Shown here: positions 21,208 through 30,892 of the stretch, piece after piece | Numbering within the stretch: the stretch's first letter is position 1 | Layout: each line of letters opens with the position of its first letter | NCBI GenBank assembly: GCA_021604725.1 | Contig: BQJN01000005.1 | Span: 614 to 64,613, forward strand | Direction: 5' to 3' | Length of the DNA: 64,000 bases | Origin: Lysobacteraceae bacterium | GTDB lineage: Bacteria; Pseudomonadota; Gammaproteobacteria; Xanthomonadales; BQJN01 | Notes under the pieces: model-generated | What the model was told of the DNA's origin: nothing | Databases searched by the model: none | The model's input: the letters and a program-made list of their open reading frames with translations, nothing else | Program-made: the position numbers and the translations under genes

Positions 21208-21396
21208 CATCTTGAAGTTACGGTTCTTTTCCGGCTTGCTTCACTGATAAGCGGTTTCCGACTTTGCCCCTCATCGTTGGTCCTCCCTCCCGCTTCGAAG
21301 CAAGAGATGCGTTGTCCCCCCGACGCGGACTGAACTATTCAAGATGCCAATCAAGCGCGCCTGGCATCCCCTCTTTAGCCAGGCGCGCTTTTTTTT
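21208..21396 (+). ncRNA. Candidate ~190-nt small RNA with C-rich loops
   Basis: Promoter upstream; 5' CATCTTGAA pairs with TTCAAGATG (21338-46); nested stems; strong intrinsic terminator; no credible ORF. Confidence 0.6.
21353..21396 (+). terminator. Rho-independent terminator
   Basis: AAGCGCGCCTGGC / GCCAGGCGCGCTT 13-bp stem ending in a T8 run. Confidence 0.85.
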
Positions 21397-21448
21397 GTGC
21401 TCAACAAAGCCCTGGCGAACACTGCACAGTCGGCTAACCCCGGTCGAT

Positions 21449-22270
21449 TTATTGTCGCCACTGCACAGTATTGCTCGGGGCGTCCTCGAAATTGCTGCGA
21501 AATGGATTGATATCGATGCCTCCGCGACGACTGAATCGGGCATAGACCGTTAACTGGTCCGGATCGCACTGCCGCATTACATCATCAAAAATTTGTTCGA
21601 CGCATTGTTCATGGAAACCGGCGTGCTGACGGTAGGAAACCAGATAACGCAACAAGTCGGGTAGATCGATCACCACGCCGCTGTATCGCAACAAGACACT
21701 GGCCCAATCCGGTTGACCGGTCACTGGACAAACACTGCGAAAAGCATCGGTCCAAACACTGCATACCGAATCATCCTTGCTCGGGCTGCAATGCAGCAGA
21801 GATTTGTCAATGTGATAGATCTCGCAAGGCACATCCAGATCATCAAGACACTGTCCGGGCCAACGCCGACGCGCCCAGGCTTGATCCCTGTCGACCATGC
21901 TCACCTGAACCGGCGCACCTGCGGTAGCTGAAAGGTCGCGCTGCATATTGGCCAGCAACACCTCATCGCTGCATCGCAAGGTGTTGAAGCTGCCGAGGTA
22001 CAACTTCATCGATTTGGATTCGATCAGGCAGGCTGAGCTCGACGGCACGCGAATTTCGGCACAAGCCACCCTGGGCTGACCATTGAGGTTTAGCCAGGAC
22101 AGTTCCCAGGCATTCCAGATATCTACGCCCTTGTTGCTTTCCTGTTGCGACAACACGAGACGTGCATCAGCTCGCGGGATGCCGTGCAGCACCTCCGGTG
22201 CGTAGGTCGTCGGGTAGTCCACTTGACGACCCAGGGGATTGTTGGCAGTGGCTAGGGATTGATCAGTCAT
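21449..22270 (-). CDS. queF: NADPH-dependent 7-cyano-7-deazaguanine reductase (bimodular)
   Basis: DIWNAWELSWL, IESKSMKLYL, SVCPVTGQPDW, FHEQCVE, RRGGIDINPFR. Confidence 0.96.
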   Translation of the reverse strand: MTDQSLATANNPLGRQVDYPTTYAPEVLHGIPRADARLVLSQQESNKGVDIWNAWELSWLNLNGQPRVACAEIRVPSSSACLIESKSMKLYLGSFNTLRCSDEVLLANMQRDLSATAGAPVQVSMVDRDQAWARRRWPGQCLDDLDVPCEIYHIDKSLLHCSPSKDDSVCSVWTDAFRSVCPVTGQPDWASVLLRYSGVVIDLPDLLRYLVSYRQHAGFHEQCVEQIFDDVMRQCDPDQLTVYARFSRRGGIDINPFRSNFEDAPSNTVQWRQ

Positions 22271-22315
22271 TTATCGTATGGTTGGTGGCACGCCACATTT
22301 ACGGAGCGCGGAACA

Positions 22316-23443
22316 ATGAGAACTATCCTAAAGTGGCTGTTGTTGGCATCAGTTGTCTTGCTTGCTGTGGGATTATTCCTGCCATCACAGGTGCGTGTCG
22401 AGCGCAGCATCATAATCGATGCGCCCACCAACGTCGTTTTCGACATGGTAAACGGCTTTACTCGATTCCATGAGTGGTCACCGTGGCACGCCATGGACCC
22501 GCAGACCCAATACCAGCTAGAAGGCCCGACCTCGGGCGTAGGTGCAACATTGATCTGGTCCAGCGAAGTGACTGGCAGCGGCAGGCAAACCGTGGTCGAG
22601 GTGGAGGCCAACCGTGTTGTCGAGGTATCCCTGCTTTTTGATGGTGAAGCGCCGGCAACGGCGACCTATTTGCTGGTGCCACGAGATTCCGGCACCGAAT
22701 TGACCTGGGTCTTTGAAACCACCTTCGGCTACGACCTGTTTGCCCGCTACTTTGGTTTGCTGTTTGACCGCTTGATTGGTGCCGATTACGAGAATGGCCT
22801 GGCCAATCTGAAGGTACTGTTGGAGCGAGAGGTGCCCGATCTGCCCCCGGACGAGCAGCCGGCCGGGGTGGACAAACCAAGTGATGGTTCATCGCCAGCC
22901 CCAGCGGCGGACAGCGGCGCAGTTCCAGCTGATGCTCACCACACAGGCGTTGTTTCCGACATCGACATGGAGGTGACCGAAGTCGAACCGATCAGCATCG
23001 CCATGGCCAGTGGTATCGCCACCGTGAACTCCGAGGATGTGGCGGTGGAGCTGAGCCGTGCCTATCAAAAAATCGCCACCCATTTACTTTCACAAGGGCT
23101 GAAAATGGGCTCGCCACCGGTGAGTATTACGCGCGGCTGGATCCGTTCCGGTGAGTACTCCTTTGACGCGGGTGTGCCGGTCAATCCGGATCGAATGAAG
23201 CCCTCTTCCGAGGTCAAGCTGGGCAGCACACCTGGTGGCCGGGTTTTGAAAGCCACTCATGTCGGTTCCTATGAATCACTGTCGGAGACCTACCAGGCCA
23301 TGTTCAATTACATGTCTGACCAAGGCCTTATTGCCGGCGAGTTCGCCTGGGAAGCCTATGTCGACGACCCGGCCAGTACGCCGGTCGATCAGCTACAAAC
23401 CATCATCTACTATCAACTTGCACAGGAAGCGGCTGCACCATGA
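22316..23443 (+). CDS. SRPBCC domain + GyrI-like small-molecule-binding domain protein
   Basis: N-terminal anchor, VERSIIIDAP..WSPW..GADYENGLANLK; low-complexity linker; C-terminal HVGSYESL..WEAYVDDP. Confidence 0.85.
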   Translation: MRTILKWLLLASVVLLAVGLFLPSQVRVERSIIIDAPTNVVFDMVNGFTRFHEWSPWHAMDPQTQYQLEGPTSGVGATLIWSSEVTGSGRQTVVEVEANRVVEVSLLFDGEAPATATYLLVPRDSGTELTWVFETTFGYDLFARYFGLLFDRLIGADYENGLANLKVLLEREVPDLPPDEQPAGVDKPSDGSSPAPAADSGAVPADAHHTGVVSDIDMEVTEVEPISIAMASGIATVNSEDVAVELSRAYQKIATHLLSQGLKMGSPPVSITRGWIRSGEYSFDAGVPVNPDRMKPSSEVKLGSTPGGRVLKATHVGSYESLSETYQAMFNYMSDQGLIAGEFAWEAYVDDPASTPVDQLQTIIYYQLAQEAAAP

Positions 23444-24402
23444 TGACAACGCTTCGCATCGGCCTGCTCACCCTGGTCGCAATATTGACCGGTTGTCAGC
23501 CCTCTTCACCCGAACCTCCCGTGCCCGTGTTCGGCACACTGGAACGCGATCGCGTCGAGTTGCGAGCTCACCATGCCGAACGCATCGTTTCGATCGAGGC
23601 CAAAGAAGGGCAGCAAGTGATCAAGGACCAGGTGATTTTGCGCCAGGACGACCGTTCGTTACGGGCGCAATGGGCGGTGCTCAACGCGCAGAAGCAGGCC
23701 GCTCAGGCACGCCTGCAGTTGTTGATCAATGGACCCCGCGAGCAGGAGTTGGCTCGCGCCGAAGCGCAACTGGATGCCGCGGCAAGCGCCAGCGAGGAGG
23801 CCAAACGACAGTTGGACCGCGTCAAAGCTCTGGCGGACAAAAATCTGGGTTCCGAATCCAACGAAGACTTGCTGAAGAATCGTTACGACCAATCGGTGGC
23901 GGCCTTGCGCAGTGCTGAGCAGACCGTATCGGAATTGCGCGAAGGCAGTCGTCAGGAGCAGATCGAGGAGGCGGCAGCGCAAGTGGCGCAGATCGATGCC
24001 AGCATTGCTGAGCTGTCCGTGGCCCTGGACAAACTGATCGTTCGCGCACCAAGCGATGGTTTGCTGGAGCGTCTACCCAGCAAACTGGGCAGTGACACTC
24101 TGCCTGGTGCGGTGGTGGCGATCATGCTCACTGGCGAGCAACCTTACGCACGCATTCACGTGCCCGAGCCGCGTATGGCGCAATTCTCGGTCGGTCAAAA
24201 CGTATCGGTACGGGCTGATGGCTTTGAGCAAACCTTCAATGGACGCGTTCGTTACCTCAGCGCGGAAGCTGACTTCACACCTTGGTTGGCCTTGAACAAG
24301 GATGATCGAGAACGACTGAGTTTTGTTGCCGAGATCGATCTTGTCGATGCATCAGCCAAAAGCCTGCCAACCGGTATTCCGCTACAGGTCACCAACCCTT
24401 GA
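23440..24402 (+). CDS. HlyD-family membrane fusion lipoprotein (YbhG-like)
   Basis: Lipobox LTGC, coiled coil, EGSRQEQI, AEADFTP. Confidence 0.88.
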   Translation: MMTTLRIGLLTLVAILTGCQPSSPEPPVPVFGTLERDRVELRAHHAERIVSIEAKEGQQVIKDQVILRQDDRSLRAQWAVLNAQKQAAQARLQLLINGPREQELARAEAQLDAAASASEEAKRQLDRVKALADKNLGSESNEDLLKNRYDQSVAALRSAEQTVSELREGSRQEQIEEAAAQVAQIDASIAELSVALDKLIVRAPSDGLLERLPSKLGSDTLPGAVVAIMLTGEQPYARIHVPEPRMAQFSVGQNVSVRADGFEQTFNGRVRYLSAEADFTPWLALNKDDRERLSFVAEIDLVDASAKSLPTGIPLQVTNP

Positions 24403-25316
24403 GCACTAGCGCCGTCAGCGCCTCCGGACTGTACCGCAACTTCGGCGACCTGGTGGCCGTTGATAACGTCAGTCTGGATATTGAACAGGGCACGATTTTC
24501 GGTTTCGTTGGCCCCAACGGATCTGGCAAGTCAACGACCATTCGCATGCTTTGTGGGCTGCTGACACCCAGCGCCGGAACAGCAACGGTACTGGGTCATT
24601 CCTTGCCAAAAGAAGCAGAACATCTGCGTCGCCGAGTGGGCTATATGACGCAGGCCTTTTCCCTGTATCGAGATCTCTCGGTCGAAGAAAACCTGGACTT
24701 CGTCGGCCAGATCTACTCGATGCCTCGCAACAAGCGCAAGGATCGCCGTGACCACTGGATGGGACGACTCGACCTTGAACGTTACCGACACCATCTGGCC
24801 GGTCGCTTGAGCGGGGGCCAGCGGCAATGGCTTGCCCTGGCCGCCTGTTTGTTACATCGCCCTGAAGTGCTGATACTTGATGAGCCGACCAGCCAGGTTG
24901 ATCCAAAGACGCGCCGAGATTTCTGGAGGATTCTGTTTGAGCTGGCCGACGATGGCGTCACCATCTTGGTGTCTACACATTTCATGGACGAAGCCGAGCG
25001 CTGCCATCGCCTGGGCATTTTGGATCACGGTCGGCTGGTAACCGAAGGGCGACCCCAAGCCTTGATGCAAGACTTGCCGGTGGATGTCTTTCGGGTTTCC
25101 GGACCCGGTCTGCGCGATATTGAAGCTCTTCTTCTGCAGAACACAGCTGTGCGTTCAGTGGTGCAGATCGGCGACGCCCTTCGTGTACTGACCGACCAGG
25201 GAACTGATCCGTCAACCATTGCAACGCTCGCCGACAAAGGTACCCATGTAGAGCGTGTCGATGCCAACCTTGAAGATGTCTTTGTAGTCGCCACAGCCGA
25301 TGAGGTCACCGCGTGA
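24399..25316 (+). CDS. ABC exporter ATP-binding protein
   Basis: GPNGSGKST, LSGGQ, LILDEPT, STHFMDEAE. Confidence 0.93.
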   Translation: MSTSAVSASGLYRNFGDLVAVDNVSLDIEQGTIFGFVGPNGSGKSTTIRMLCGLLTPSAGTATVLGHSLPKEAEHLRRRVGYMTQAFSLYRDLSVEENLDFVGQIYSMPRNKRKDRRDHWMGRLDLERYRHHLAGRLSGGQRQWLALAACLLHRPEVLILDEPTSQVDPKTRRDFWRILFELADDGVTILVSTHFMDEAERCHRLGILDHGRLVTEGRPQALMQDLPVDVFRVSGPGLRDIEALLLQNTAVRSVVQIGDALRVLTDQGTDPSTIATLADKGTHVERVDANLEDVFVVATADEVTA

Positions 25317-26398
25317 TCCGCTCATTGGCTCGCATATGGGCCATCATGCGCAAAGAGCTGCGCCAGTTGGCTCGCGACCGCCTCACCTTTGGCATGGTGG
25401 TGGGAATCCCGGCGCTGCAGCTGTTGATGTTTGGCTATGCCATAAACATGGATGTACGCGACCTGTCGGCTGGTGTCGTCGACCATGCCAGGACCTCCAT
25501 CTCACGGCAAATCGTTGCCGACATTGACCATTCACAGGTGGTCAATATCATCGCCCAATACAGCAGCGTCGCACAGTTGGAGCGAGCCATAGGCAGCGAT
25601 TTGATCGATGTCGGCATTGTCGTTCCGGGTGACCTGGAAGTGCGCCTGGCTGATCGGTCGCGCCCGGCGATTCAGCTATTGCTGGACGACAGCGACCCGG
25701 TCATCGGCAATTCGGCCAATGCCTTGACCGCGTACAGTGTCGGCCCTGATGATGCCGCGCCAGTGATTCAGTCGATGGGGTTATACAACCCTGAGCGCAA
25801 GTCCGCCATCAACATCGTACCGGGCCTGATTGGCGTCATTCTTACCTTGACCATGGTGCTGTTTACTGCGGTGGCGGTGGTTCGAGAGCGGGAACGCGGC
25901 AATCTGGAAATGCTGATCACCACACCAGTGCAATCCTGGGAGTTGATGGTCGGCAAAGTGATTCCTTACATTGGTATCGGCCTGATACAAACGACTTTGG
26001 TCCTGGCGCTGGGCATGTGGCTTTTCGATATGCCGATTCGCGGGTCATTGCTTGATGTCTATTTGACCGCACTGGCATTTATCGGCGCCAGCCTTACGCT
26101 GGGCCTGGTCATTTCAACAGCCGCCGAGAATCAGTTTCAGGCCATGCAGATGACGATATTCATTCTTTTGCCTTCCATTTTGTTGTCCGGATTCATGTTC
26201 CCATTCGCTGGTATGCCCCGGCTAGCGCAATGGATCGCAGAGCTATTGCCAATGACTCACTTTGTGCGACTGATTCGTGGCATCGTGGTGCGTGGTAGCC
26301 CTTTGGCCGATGGCATCCACGAACTTTATGCTCTACTGGCTTTCTCGGCAGTGATGCTGACCATCGCTGCGTTGCGTTTTAAAAAGTCTTTGGACTAA
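25313..26398 (+). CDS. ABC-2 type permease (YbhR/S-like)
   Basis: KELRQLARD, RERERGNLE, ILLSGFMFP. Confidence 0.9.
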   Translation: MIRSLARIWAIMRKELRQLARDRLTFGMVVGIPALQLLMFGYAINMDVRDLSAGVVDHARTSISRQIVADIDHSQVVNIIAQYSSVAQLERAIGSDLIDVGIVVPGDLEVRLADRSRPAIQLLLDDSDPVIGNSANALTAYSVGPDDAAPVIQSMGLYNPERKSAINIVPGLIGVILTLTMVLFTAVAVVRERERGNLEMLITTPVQSWELMVGKVIPYIGIGLIQTTLVLALGMWLFDMPIRGSLLDVYLTALAFIGASLTLGLVISTAAENQFQAMQMTIFILLPSILLSGFMFPFAGMPRLAQWIAELLPMTHFVRLIRGIVVRGSPLADGIHELYALLAFSAVMLTIAALRFKKSLD

Positions 26399-26448
26399 AG
26401 AGGCTCGTTTTTTTGAGGCCCTGACCGACAACAGGGTATGCTGCCGTC

Positions 26449-28257
26449 ATGTCAGATCACGCCAATTCTCTGAGCTTGCTTCGCGATATCTTCGGATACG
26501 ATGCGTTTCGCGGCGAACAGCAACGCATTATCGACACCGTGGTATCAGGCCAGCACGCCCTGGTGGTCATGCCAACCGGTGGAGGCAAGTCGCTTTGCTA
26601 CCAGCTTCCGGCGTTGCTACGCGACGGCGTCGGATTGGTGATCTCGCCGTTGATCGCGTTGATGCAAGATCAGGTCGCCCAATTGCAGCAGGTTGGAGTA
26701 CGTGCCATGTGCCTGCACTCCGGCTTGAGTCGCGAGGAACGTGATCGGGTGTTTTGGACCCTTTCGGCGGGCGAGCTGGATTTGCTCTATTGCGCTCCCG
26801 AACGCCTGTTGGGGGGCGATTTCATCTCGCAAATCGATGCCGACAAACTGGCCTTGATCGCCATCGATGAGGCGCACTGCGTGTCGCGTTGGGGTCACGA
26901 CTTTCGACCAGAGTATTTGCGGTTGGGTGTATTAGCCGAGCACTTTCCCAATGTGCCTCGACTGGCATTGACGGCAACCGCCGACAGTGCCACACGTGAT
27001 GAAATCGCTCTGCAACTGAAGATGGAGCAGGCCGAACGATTCGTCGCCAGTTTTGACCGCCCGAATATCACCTACCGCGTGCATGAAAAGACCCAGGCGC
27101 GGCAACAACTGACGCAACTGCTGAAGACCGAGCATGCCGGCGACAGTGGCATTGTTTACCGTCTGTCGCGCGCTGATGTCGACAAAACAGCGATGTGGCT
27201 GGCTACCGCAGGCTTCGCCGCATTGCCCTACCATGCCGGCATGAGTGCCGGGGACCGAGCCCGCAATCAGGCCAGGTTCAGTAGCGAAGACGGTATTGTT
27301 ATGGTCGCGACCATTGCCTTCGGCATGGGCATAGACAAACCCGACGTTCGATTTGTCGCCCACGTTGATCTGCCGGACAGCATCGAATCGTACTATCAGG
27401 AAACCGGACGAGCCGGGCGTGATGGCCTGCCCGCAACCGCCTGGATGGCCTACGGGCTCGGTGATGTGGTCAGGCGGCGGTCGATGCTGGAGCAATCTGC
27501 CACCGATGATCAACGCAAAACCATAGAGCGCCGCAAGCTCGACTCGATGCTTGGTTTTTGCGAGCTGACCGGCTGTCGCCGCCAGGCGCTGTTGGCCTAC
27601 TTCGGACAAACACTGGATGAGCCGTGTGGCAATTGCGACAACTGCCTGAACCCGCCGCAAACCTGGGACGCGACGGAAGCTTCACAAAAACTGCTATCGA
27701 CTATTTATCGCACCGGCCAGCGCTTTGGTGCCAATTACGTGTTTGATGTTTTGGTCGGCAGCAGCAATGAGCGCATTATTTCACTGGGCCATGACCGCTT
27801 GCCGGTGCATGGCATCGGCGAAGATCTAAGCAAGTCGCAATGGCGTACCTTATTGCGACAGCTGGTGGCGCGCGATTTTGTTGCGGTTGATCATCATGGC
27901 GGCTTGCGGCTAACCGACGCCTGCCGCCCGTTGTTGCGTGGCGACTGTCAGTTTCAGGTCCGAAAGCTGCGCAAACCATCGAAAGCGACCAGCAAGAGCA
28001 AGGCAACCACTTTGGTGTCGCCAGAAAATCAGGCGCTGTTCGAGGTGCTGCGAGATACGCGGGCGATGCTCGCCAACGAGCAAGGCGTTCCGGCGTACGT
28101 TGTATTCGCTGATTCGACCCTGGCGGCGATGGCCGAACACCAACCTACCGACCATGACGCCTTTGCTGACTTATCAGGCGTCGGACAGGTCAAACTGGAG
28201 CGCTATGCAGACACCTTTATTGAGGTCATTGCAGATTTTGCTCGCGAACGATTGTAA
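26449..28257 (+). CDS. recQ: DNA helicase RecQ
   Basis: PTGGGKSLCYQ, DEAHC, QETGRAGRDG, RQC Zn site CRR..CGNCDNC, HRDC. Confidence 0.97.
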   Translation: MSDHANSLSLLRDIFGYDAFRGEQQRIIDTVVSGQHALVVMPTGGGKSLCYQLPALLRDGVGLVISPLIALMQDQVAQLQQVGVRAMCLHSGLSREERDRVFWTLSAGELDLLYCAPERLLGGDFISQIDADKLALIAIDEAHCVSRWGHDFRPEYLRLGVLAEHFPNVPRLALTATADSATRDEIALQLKMEQAERFVASFDRPNITYRVHEKTQARQQLTQLLKTEHAGDSGIVYRLSRADVDKTAMWLATAGFAALPYHAGMSAGDRARNQARFSSEDGIVMVATIAFGMGIDKPDVRFVAHVDLPDSIESYYQETGRAGRDGLPATAWMAYGLGDVVRRRSMLEQSATDDQRKTIERRKLDSMLGFCELTGCRRQALLAYFGQTLDEPCGNCDNCLNPPQTWDATEASQKLLSTIYRTGQRFGANYVFDVLVGSSNERIISLGHDRLPVHGIGEDLSKSQWRTLLRQLVARDFVAVDHHGGLRLTDACRPLLRGDCQFQVRKLRKPSKATSKSKATTLVSPENQALFEVLRDTRAMLANEQGVPAYVVFADSTLAAMAEHQPTDHDAFADLSGVGQVKLERYADTFIEVIADFARERL

Positions 28258-28293
28258 GCTTGCGATCCTGAAAGCACCGACCTGATCAACGCC

Positions 28294-28887
28294 ATGCAAG
28301 TTTCGATACTTAAGAACAAACTGATTGTCGCCGAAAATGTCTTTGACCAGAATGCGTACGGCATTGTCGCCGGTGAAATAGACAAGCTGCGCCCAAAGAT
28401 CGAGCCCACCTACCACGGCACCGATGTCATCTTGTATCGCGCTGTGCTCGACAACCTGTTTCCAGATCGAAAGATGAGTTTTATCCTGCAGGCCTTGCCG
28501 GAAATACTGTACGGATCTGCCGTATTGGAACAGGTTGAGCAGCTACATGACCTGTCTTATACCTTGATGAACAAGCATCACAAGTTCACCACCACATTGA
28601 CTGAAATGCGCGGCGACACCGACTATCGGACCCACACCGATACTGGCGACGGTGAAAACTGGACCGGCATTTTCATGTCATGGATCTGGTACTTCAACCC
28701 ACACCCTGAGAAGTTCTCGGGTGGCGACCTGGAGGTTCCGGAGTTGGACCTGGTAATTGAACCACAGGATAACCGCCTGGTTTTGCTGCCCGCGTATCTC
28801 AAGCACCGCATCGGCCGGCCGGTTTTCAGCAACCCCGAAGAAAAGTACTACCGGACAACGATCAATGGATTCCTGACCCTCCGATAA
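28294..28887 (+). CDS. 2OG-Fe(II) oxygenase superfamily protein
   Basis: HTD (HxD), FSGGDL, distal H in LKHRI, 2OG-binding R in YRTTIN. Confidence 0.8.
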   Translation: MQVSILKNKLIVAENVFDQNAYGIVAGEIDKLRPKIEPTYHGTDVILYRAVLDNLFPDRKMSFILQALPEILYGSAVLEQVEQLHDLSYTLMNKHHKFTTTLTEMRGDTDYRTHTDTGDGENWTGIFMSWIWYFNPHPEKFSGGDLEVPELDLVIEPQDNRLVLLPAYLKHRIGRPVFSNPEEKYYRTTINGFLTLR

Positions 28888-28944
28888 GCTTCGGATCCAG
28901 CGCAAAACTATTTGCTGCACGGACGCATGCCTTTTCTGCGTGTG

Positions 28945-29253
28945 GAGGCTATCGCGAAACTACAGCCTCGCGCGATACAGGGATGTATCGCCATTTCGGT
29001 GGGTTTTAACCCTTTGAAATGTAAGGGTTTCGAAAACCACGCTTTCGGAATCCGTGGTGTTGCTAGTCTAGAGGTCGTCCACGATTAGCCATCCGTGGCT
29101 AACGCGGACACGGGTTTCAAGGAGCGCGGTCATTGAAACCCTTCATTTTCAACAAGTTGGAAAATGCTGGCACTTCCGTGTGCCAGGGCGAGCGCGTCAA
29201 AAGACCTATCCGTGGACGCGCTCTAGTCCAGGACGGACTATTGCAACACCCTC
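28945..29253 (+). mobile_element. MITE-like repeat family A, copy 1 (interrupted by a family B element)
   Basis: Imperfect terminal IR GAGGCTATCGCGA / TTGCAACACCCTC; after removing the 160-bp insert it is 149 bp and colinear with 54913-55061. Confidence 0.75.
29069..29225 (-). mobile_element. MITE-like repeat family B, 157 bp, nested in family A
   Basis: Terminal IR TAGAGGTCGTCCACG / CGTGGACGCGCTCTA; GTC on both sides (29066-68, 29226-28); reverse complement matches units at 44661-44974. Confidence 0.8.
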
Positions 29254-29272
29254 TGGGGTTTTTTGCCTTTTC

Positions 29273-29286
29273 TTGATTTCGATCAA
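29273..29286. promoter_or_regulatory. FNR/Anr box
   Basis: Perfect TTGAT-TTCG-ATCAA upstream of ccoN. Confidence 0.9.
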
Positions 29287-29469
29287 GCATTCACTAGGGA
29301 CTAGCCCTCAGTCTTAGCGCTCGCCACCGCGCCGCTTCGTTTCAATATCGATTTGTTTCACCCCTTGGCAGGTGATACAACTACTGCCCATGCCGGCTTG
29401 GCCTGGGCAGGGGGGACCTTCTCCAAAGGCGCGCTGGTTGCACAAACCATAAGCGAGTTATTGAGCCGA

Positions 29470-30888
29470 ATGAACACAATGTACAACGATCGAGTGGTCA
29501 GACAGTTCGTCTATGTGACCATTCTATGGGGCGTCGTGGGTATGGCGATTGGCGTGTTCATCGCCGCACAGCTAGCCTGGCCCGCGCTGAACTTCGACCT
29601 GCCATGGTTGACCTATTCTCGCCTAAGACCGCTGCATACCAACGCGGTAATTTTCGGCTTTGGCGGCAGTGGGCTTTTCGCCACGTCCTACTACATCGTG
29701 CAGCGAACCTGTCATGTCCGGCTATTCAGTGGCAAGCTGGCGGCTTTTACGTTTTGGGGTTGGACGGCGATCATTATCTCGGCAGCCATTACCCTGCCCA
29801 TGGGTATTACTCAGAGCAAGGAGTACGCGGAACTTGAGTGGCCGATCGACCTGCTGATTACTGTCGTTTGGGTCGCCTACGGCATCGTTTTTTTCGGCAC
29901 CATTGTCAAACGCAAAGTCCAGCACATTTATGTTGCCAACTGGTTCTTTGCCGCCTATATCATCACCATCGCGGTGTTGCATATCGTCAATAACCTGGCG
30001 ATTCCGGTTTCGCTAACCAAATCCTATGTCATCTATTCAGGTACCGTCGACGCGATGGTGCAGTGGTGGTATGGCCATAACGCAGTCGGGTTTTTCCTGA
30101 CCGCGGGCTTCCTCGGCATGATGTATTACTTCGTACCGCGCCAGGCTAATCGACCGGTTTATAGTTACCGACTGTCTATCGTCCACTTCTGGGCTCTGAT
30201 CGCCATTTACATGTGGGCAGGCCCTCACCATCTGCACTACACAGCGCTGCCGGATTGGGCGCAATCGTTGGGCATGGTATTTAGTCTGATTCTGTTGGCG
30301 CCGTCCTGGGGTGGCATGATCAACGGCATGATGACCCTGTCCGGGGCCTGGCATAAGTTGCGCACTGATCCTGTGCTCAAGTTCATGATCGTTTCCTTGT
30401 CTTTCTATGGCATGTCGACCTTTGAAGGCCCAATGATGTCGATCAAGACGGTCAATGCGCTATCTCATTACACCGACTGGACTATTGGCCACGTCCACTC
30501 CGGTGCATTGGGTTGGGTCGCCTTCATTACCATCGGTTGCGTGTACTCACTGATTCCGCGGCTTTGGAACGTCAAGGCCATGTACAGCACACGTCTGATT
30601 GACCTGCATTTTTGGGTGTCGACCATCGGTGTGGTGCTGTATATCGCTTCAATGTGGATCGCCGGCGTCATGCAGGGCCTGATGTGGCGCGACACACAAG
30701 ACGATGGAACGCTGACTTATACGTTTATCGAGAGTATCGCTGCAACACAGCCGTATTACATGATCCGCGTGCTAGGTGGATTGCTGTTCCTGGCCGGCAT
30801 GGCGATCATGGTCTACAACGTGGTGCGAACGTTGTCCGGTACCGAGGCCAGTGATACCGCAGTGCTTGAGCCAGCCAAGGGTACGTAA
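29470..30888 (+). CDS. ccoN: cbb3-type cytochrome c oxidase subunit I
   Basis: [38 protein letters not shown]; ATG 29470 preferred. Confidence 0.98.
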   Translation: MNTMYNDRVVRQFVYVTILWGVVGMAIGVFIAAQLAWPALNFDLPWLTYSRLRPLHTNAVIFGFGGSGLFATSYYIVQRTCHVRLFSGKLAAFTFWGWTAIIISAAITLPMGITQSKEYAELEWPIDLLITVVWVAYGIVFFGTIVKRKVQHIYVANWFFAAYIITIAVLHIVNNLAIPVSLTKSYVIYSGTVDAMVQWWYGHNAVGFFLTAGFLGMMYYFVPRQANRPVYSYRLSIVHFWALIAIYMWAGPHHLHYTALPDWAQSLGMVFSLILLAPSWGGMINGMMTLSGAWHKLRTDPVLKFMIVSLSFYGMSTFEGPMMSIKTVNALSHYTDWTIGHVHSGALGWVAFITIGCVYSLIPRLWNVKAMYSTRLIDLHFWVSTIGVVLYIASMWIAGVMQGLMWRDTQDDGTLTYTFIESIAATQPYYMIRVLGGLLFLAGMAIMVYNVVRTLSGTEASDTAVLEPAKGT

Positions 30889-30892
30889 ATCC

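Noticed and set aside
21208-21396. 6S RNA, canonical GcvB or preQ1 riboswitch
   Set aside because: No zapA/ygfA context or recognisable 6S core, no GU-rich R1 region, and it lies 3' of queF on the opposite strand.
29020-29040. GacA box (TGTAAG-N6-CTTACA) implying an rsmZ promoter
   Set aside because: Only the TGTAAG half is present, here and at 54988.
29035-29058. H-type pseudoknot or known ribozyme in the repeat core
   Set aside because: CGTGGT follows the stem with no linker, so both helices cannot form together; no hammerhead, twister or HDV core recognised.
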